From Candidatus Thorarchaeota archaeon SMTZ1-45 (lineage in GTDB: Archaea > Asgardarchaeota > Thorarchaeia > Thorarchaeales > Thorarchaeaceae): a stretch of DNA of 13,229 bases. A program made the position numbers and the translations under genes. Positions 12,701 to 13,229 of this stretch are shown in pieces (positions within the stretch are counted from its first letter, which is position 1; each line of letters opens with the position of its first letter). Where the stretch lies: the NCBI GenBank assembly GCA_001563335.1, contig LRSL01000091.1:1-13229 (forward strand), written 5' to 3'. The notes beneath the pieces were generated by a model. The model was not told the origin of the DNA and searched no databases. It saw nothing but the letters and a program-made list of their open reading frames with translations.

Positions 12701-13227
12701 ACAATAAGGTCAAACCAAGAGTTCCCACTATCCCAAGTCATTACTTGTCCTGCGAGGATGACTGTATCGCCACTCCCAAGGGGGGCGCTGTCATAAGCCA
12801 ACCAAAGTGTCACTCGAACTTCGACGTTATCACCCACATTGACTCGAGTGTCGTCAGCAACCGTGGTCTGCACGATAATCTGATCCCAGATGATATCTAT
12901 ACTCTGACTATTTGTATCTAAGACATTAATGCCATGGGTCGACTCAGAGCTTGAGTTGACATAATATGTCCAAAGACCGACTGATGCTTGTGATACTGAA
13001 AGATCAAACCAAGAGTTCCCAGAGTCCCAGGTCATTACTTGTCCTGCGAGCGTGACGGTATCACCAATCCCAAGGGGTGTGCTGTCATACGCAAGCCACA
13101 GAGTCACTCGAATCTCAACATTATCACCAACGTTGACTCGCGTATCGTCTGCTAAAGTGGTCTGTACAACAATTTGATCCCAGATGACATCTACACTTTG
13201 GCTATTTGTGTTCAAGGATGTAATTCC
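1..13227 (-). CDS. Internal fragment (>=4409 aa, open at both ends) of a giant repeat-rich, probably extracellular/surface protein built of IWD-delimited beta-sandwich-like domains
   Basis: Manual translation from 13227 gives GITSLNTNSQSVDVIWDQIVVQTTLADDTRVNVGDNVEIRVTLWLAYDSTPLGIGDTVTLAGQVMTWDSGNSWFDLSVSQASVGLWTYYVNSSS. The last 60 nt (60->1) read YTVSSAVGDTYGITVIGTND in the same frame. All 44 unit-boundary codons I located (226...13180) are in this frame. I did not translate every codon, but the ORF track reports nothing in this frame, and any internal stop or frameshift would have produced a long called ORF. Product class is inferred from composition and repeat length. Confidence 0.95.
1633..2394 (-). 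other. Non-IWD spacer module (~255 aa), copy 2
   Basis: SAAPNIVPTNDSIPVLMNADDTDNMYARYRFYTIVTNASDGDGDWDIDYIELTLYDNA...IKIDWDHSGLTNVDVLQYVTDGTDFDQDFYEVNWDVEN...SLNPRSNETDVWVS...GPWSDLVLESGVFSVTCYADDEVG. Same length as copy 1, at an offset of 4032 nt. Confidence 0.85.
3730..7761 (-). repeat. Higher-order super-repeat copy 1 (4032 nt, 1344 aa): E-C'-C-C-F-spacer-B-B-B-B-D-C-C''
   Basis: Anchors 7759, 7465, 7219, 6967, 6715, 6427, 5662 (IAD), 5374, 5086, 4798, 4510, 4219, 3970, 3727. Spacings are 294/246/252/252/288/765/288x4/291/249/243. Confidence 0.92.
5665..6426 (-). other. Non-IWD spacer module (~255 aa, probably two domains), copy 1
   Basis: Contains DNMYARYKYYLITSSVSDNDGAWDIDYVELTLYDD, IKIDWDH, DFYEVNWD, SNETDVWVS and GPWSDL. 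It lacks the IWD periodicity. Confidence 0.85.
7762..10830 (-). repeat. Mixed coding repeat region, N->C order B-C-D-B-B-C-C-D-B-B-D (B=96 aa, C=84 aa, D=97 aa)
   Basis: Trp anchors at 10828, 10540, 10288, 9997, 9709, 9421, 9169, 8917, 8626, 8338, 8050 and 7759. Spacings are 288/252/291/288/288/252/252/291/288/288/291 nt. Confidence 0.92.
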
Positions 13228-13229
13228 GA
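10831..13229 (-). repeat. Type A coding tandem array: 8 complete 294-nt (98-aa) units plus a partial ninth
   Basis: IWD Trp codons at 13180, 12886, 12592, 12298, 12004, 11710, 11416, 11122 and 10828, exactly 294 nt apart. Consensus WDQIVVQTTVADDTRVNxGxNVExRVTLWLAYDxxxLGSGDTVTLAGQxxTWDxxNSWFDLxVSQASVGLWTYxVNSSxxxxxGIxxLxxNxQxxDxI. Confidence 0.97.

Noticed and set aside
917-12921. The ten plus-strand ORFs in the track (62-94 aa)
   Set aside because: They lie antisense to the giant CDS, mostly use GTG/TTG starts and show no recognisable motifs. The similarity between 12451-12660 and 12694-12921 just reflects the 294-nt repeat.
226-13182. WD40 or RHS/YD-repeat assignment from the WD and YD dipeptides
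   Set aside because: Unit length of 81-98 aa does not fit WD40 (~40 aa, GH...WD) or YD repeats (~21 aa, YDxxGRL), and those consensus contexts are absent.
10831-13229. Possible CRISPR array or non-coding repeat
   Set aside because: The period is 294 nt, a multiple of 3, with variation concentrated at synonymous positions. There are no short identical repeats with unique spacers.

Overview
The whole window lies inside one very large minus-strand coding sequence: frame 13227->1, about 4409 codons, with no start or stop in the window, which is why the ORF track missed it. It encodes an acidic, Lys-poor, T/S/V/D/N/G/Y-rich repeat protein. I count 41 complete 81-98 aa beta-strand-like units delimited by an (I/V)WD motif, 2 partial units and two copies of a 255-aa non-repeat 'spacer' module. 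The units fall into subtypes (here A-F) arranged hierarchically: a homogeneous 294-nt array (8+ copies), a mixed region, then two copies of a ~4-kb super-repeat. Conserved N-x-S/T sequons and composition suggest a giant secreted or surface glycoprotein, plausibly archaeal (inference). All ORFs in the supplied track are shadow ORFs of this gene. I found no RNA genes, mobile elements or CRISPR arrays.
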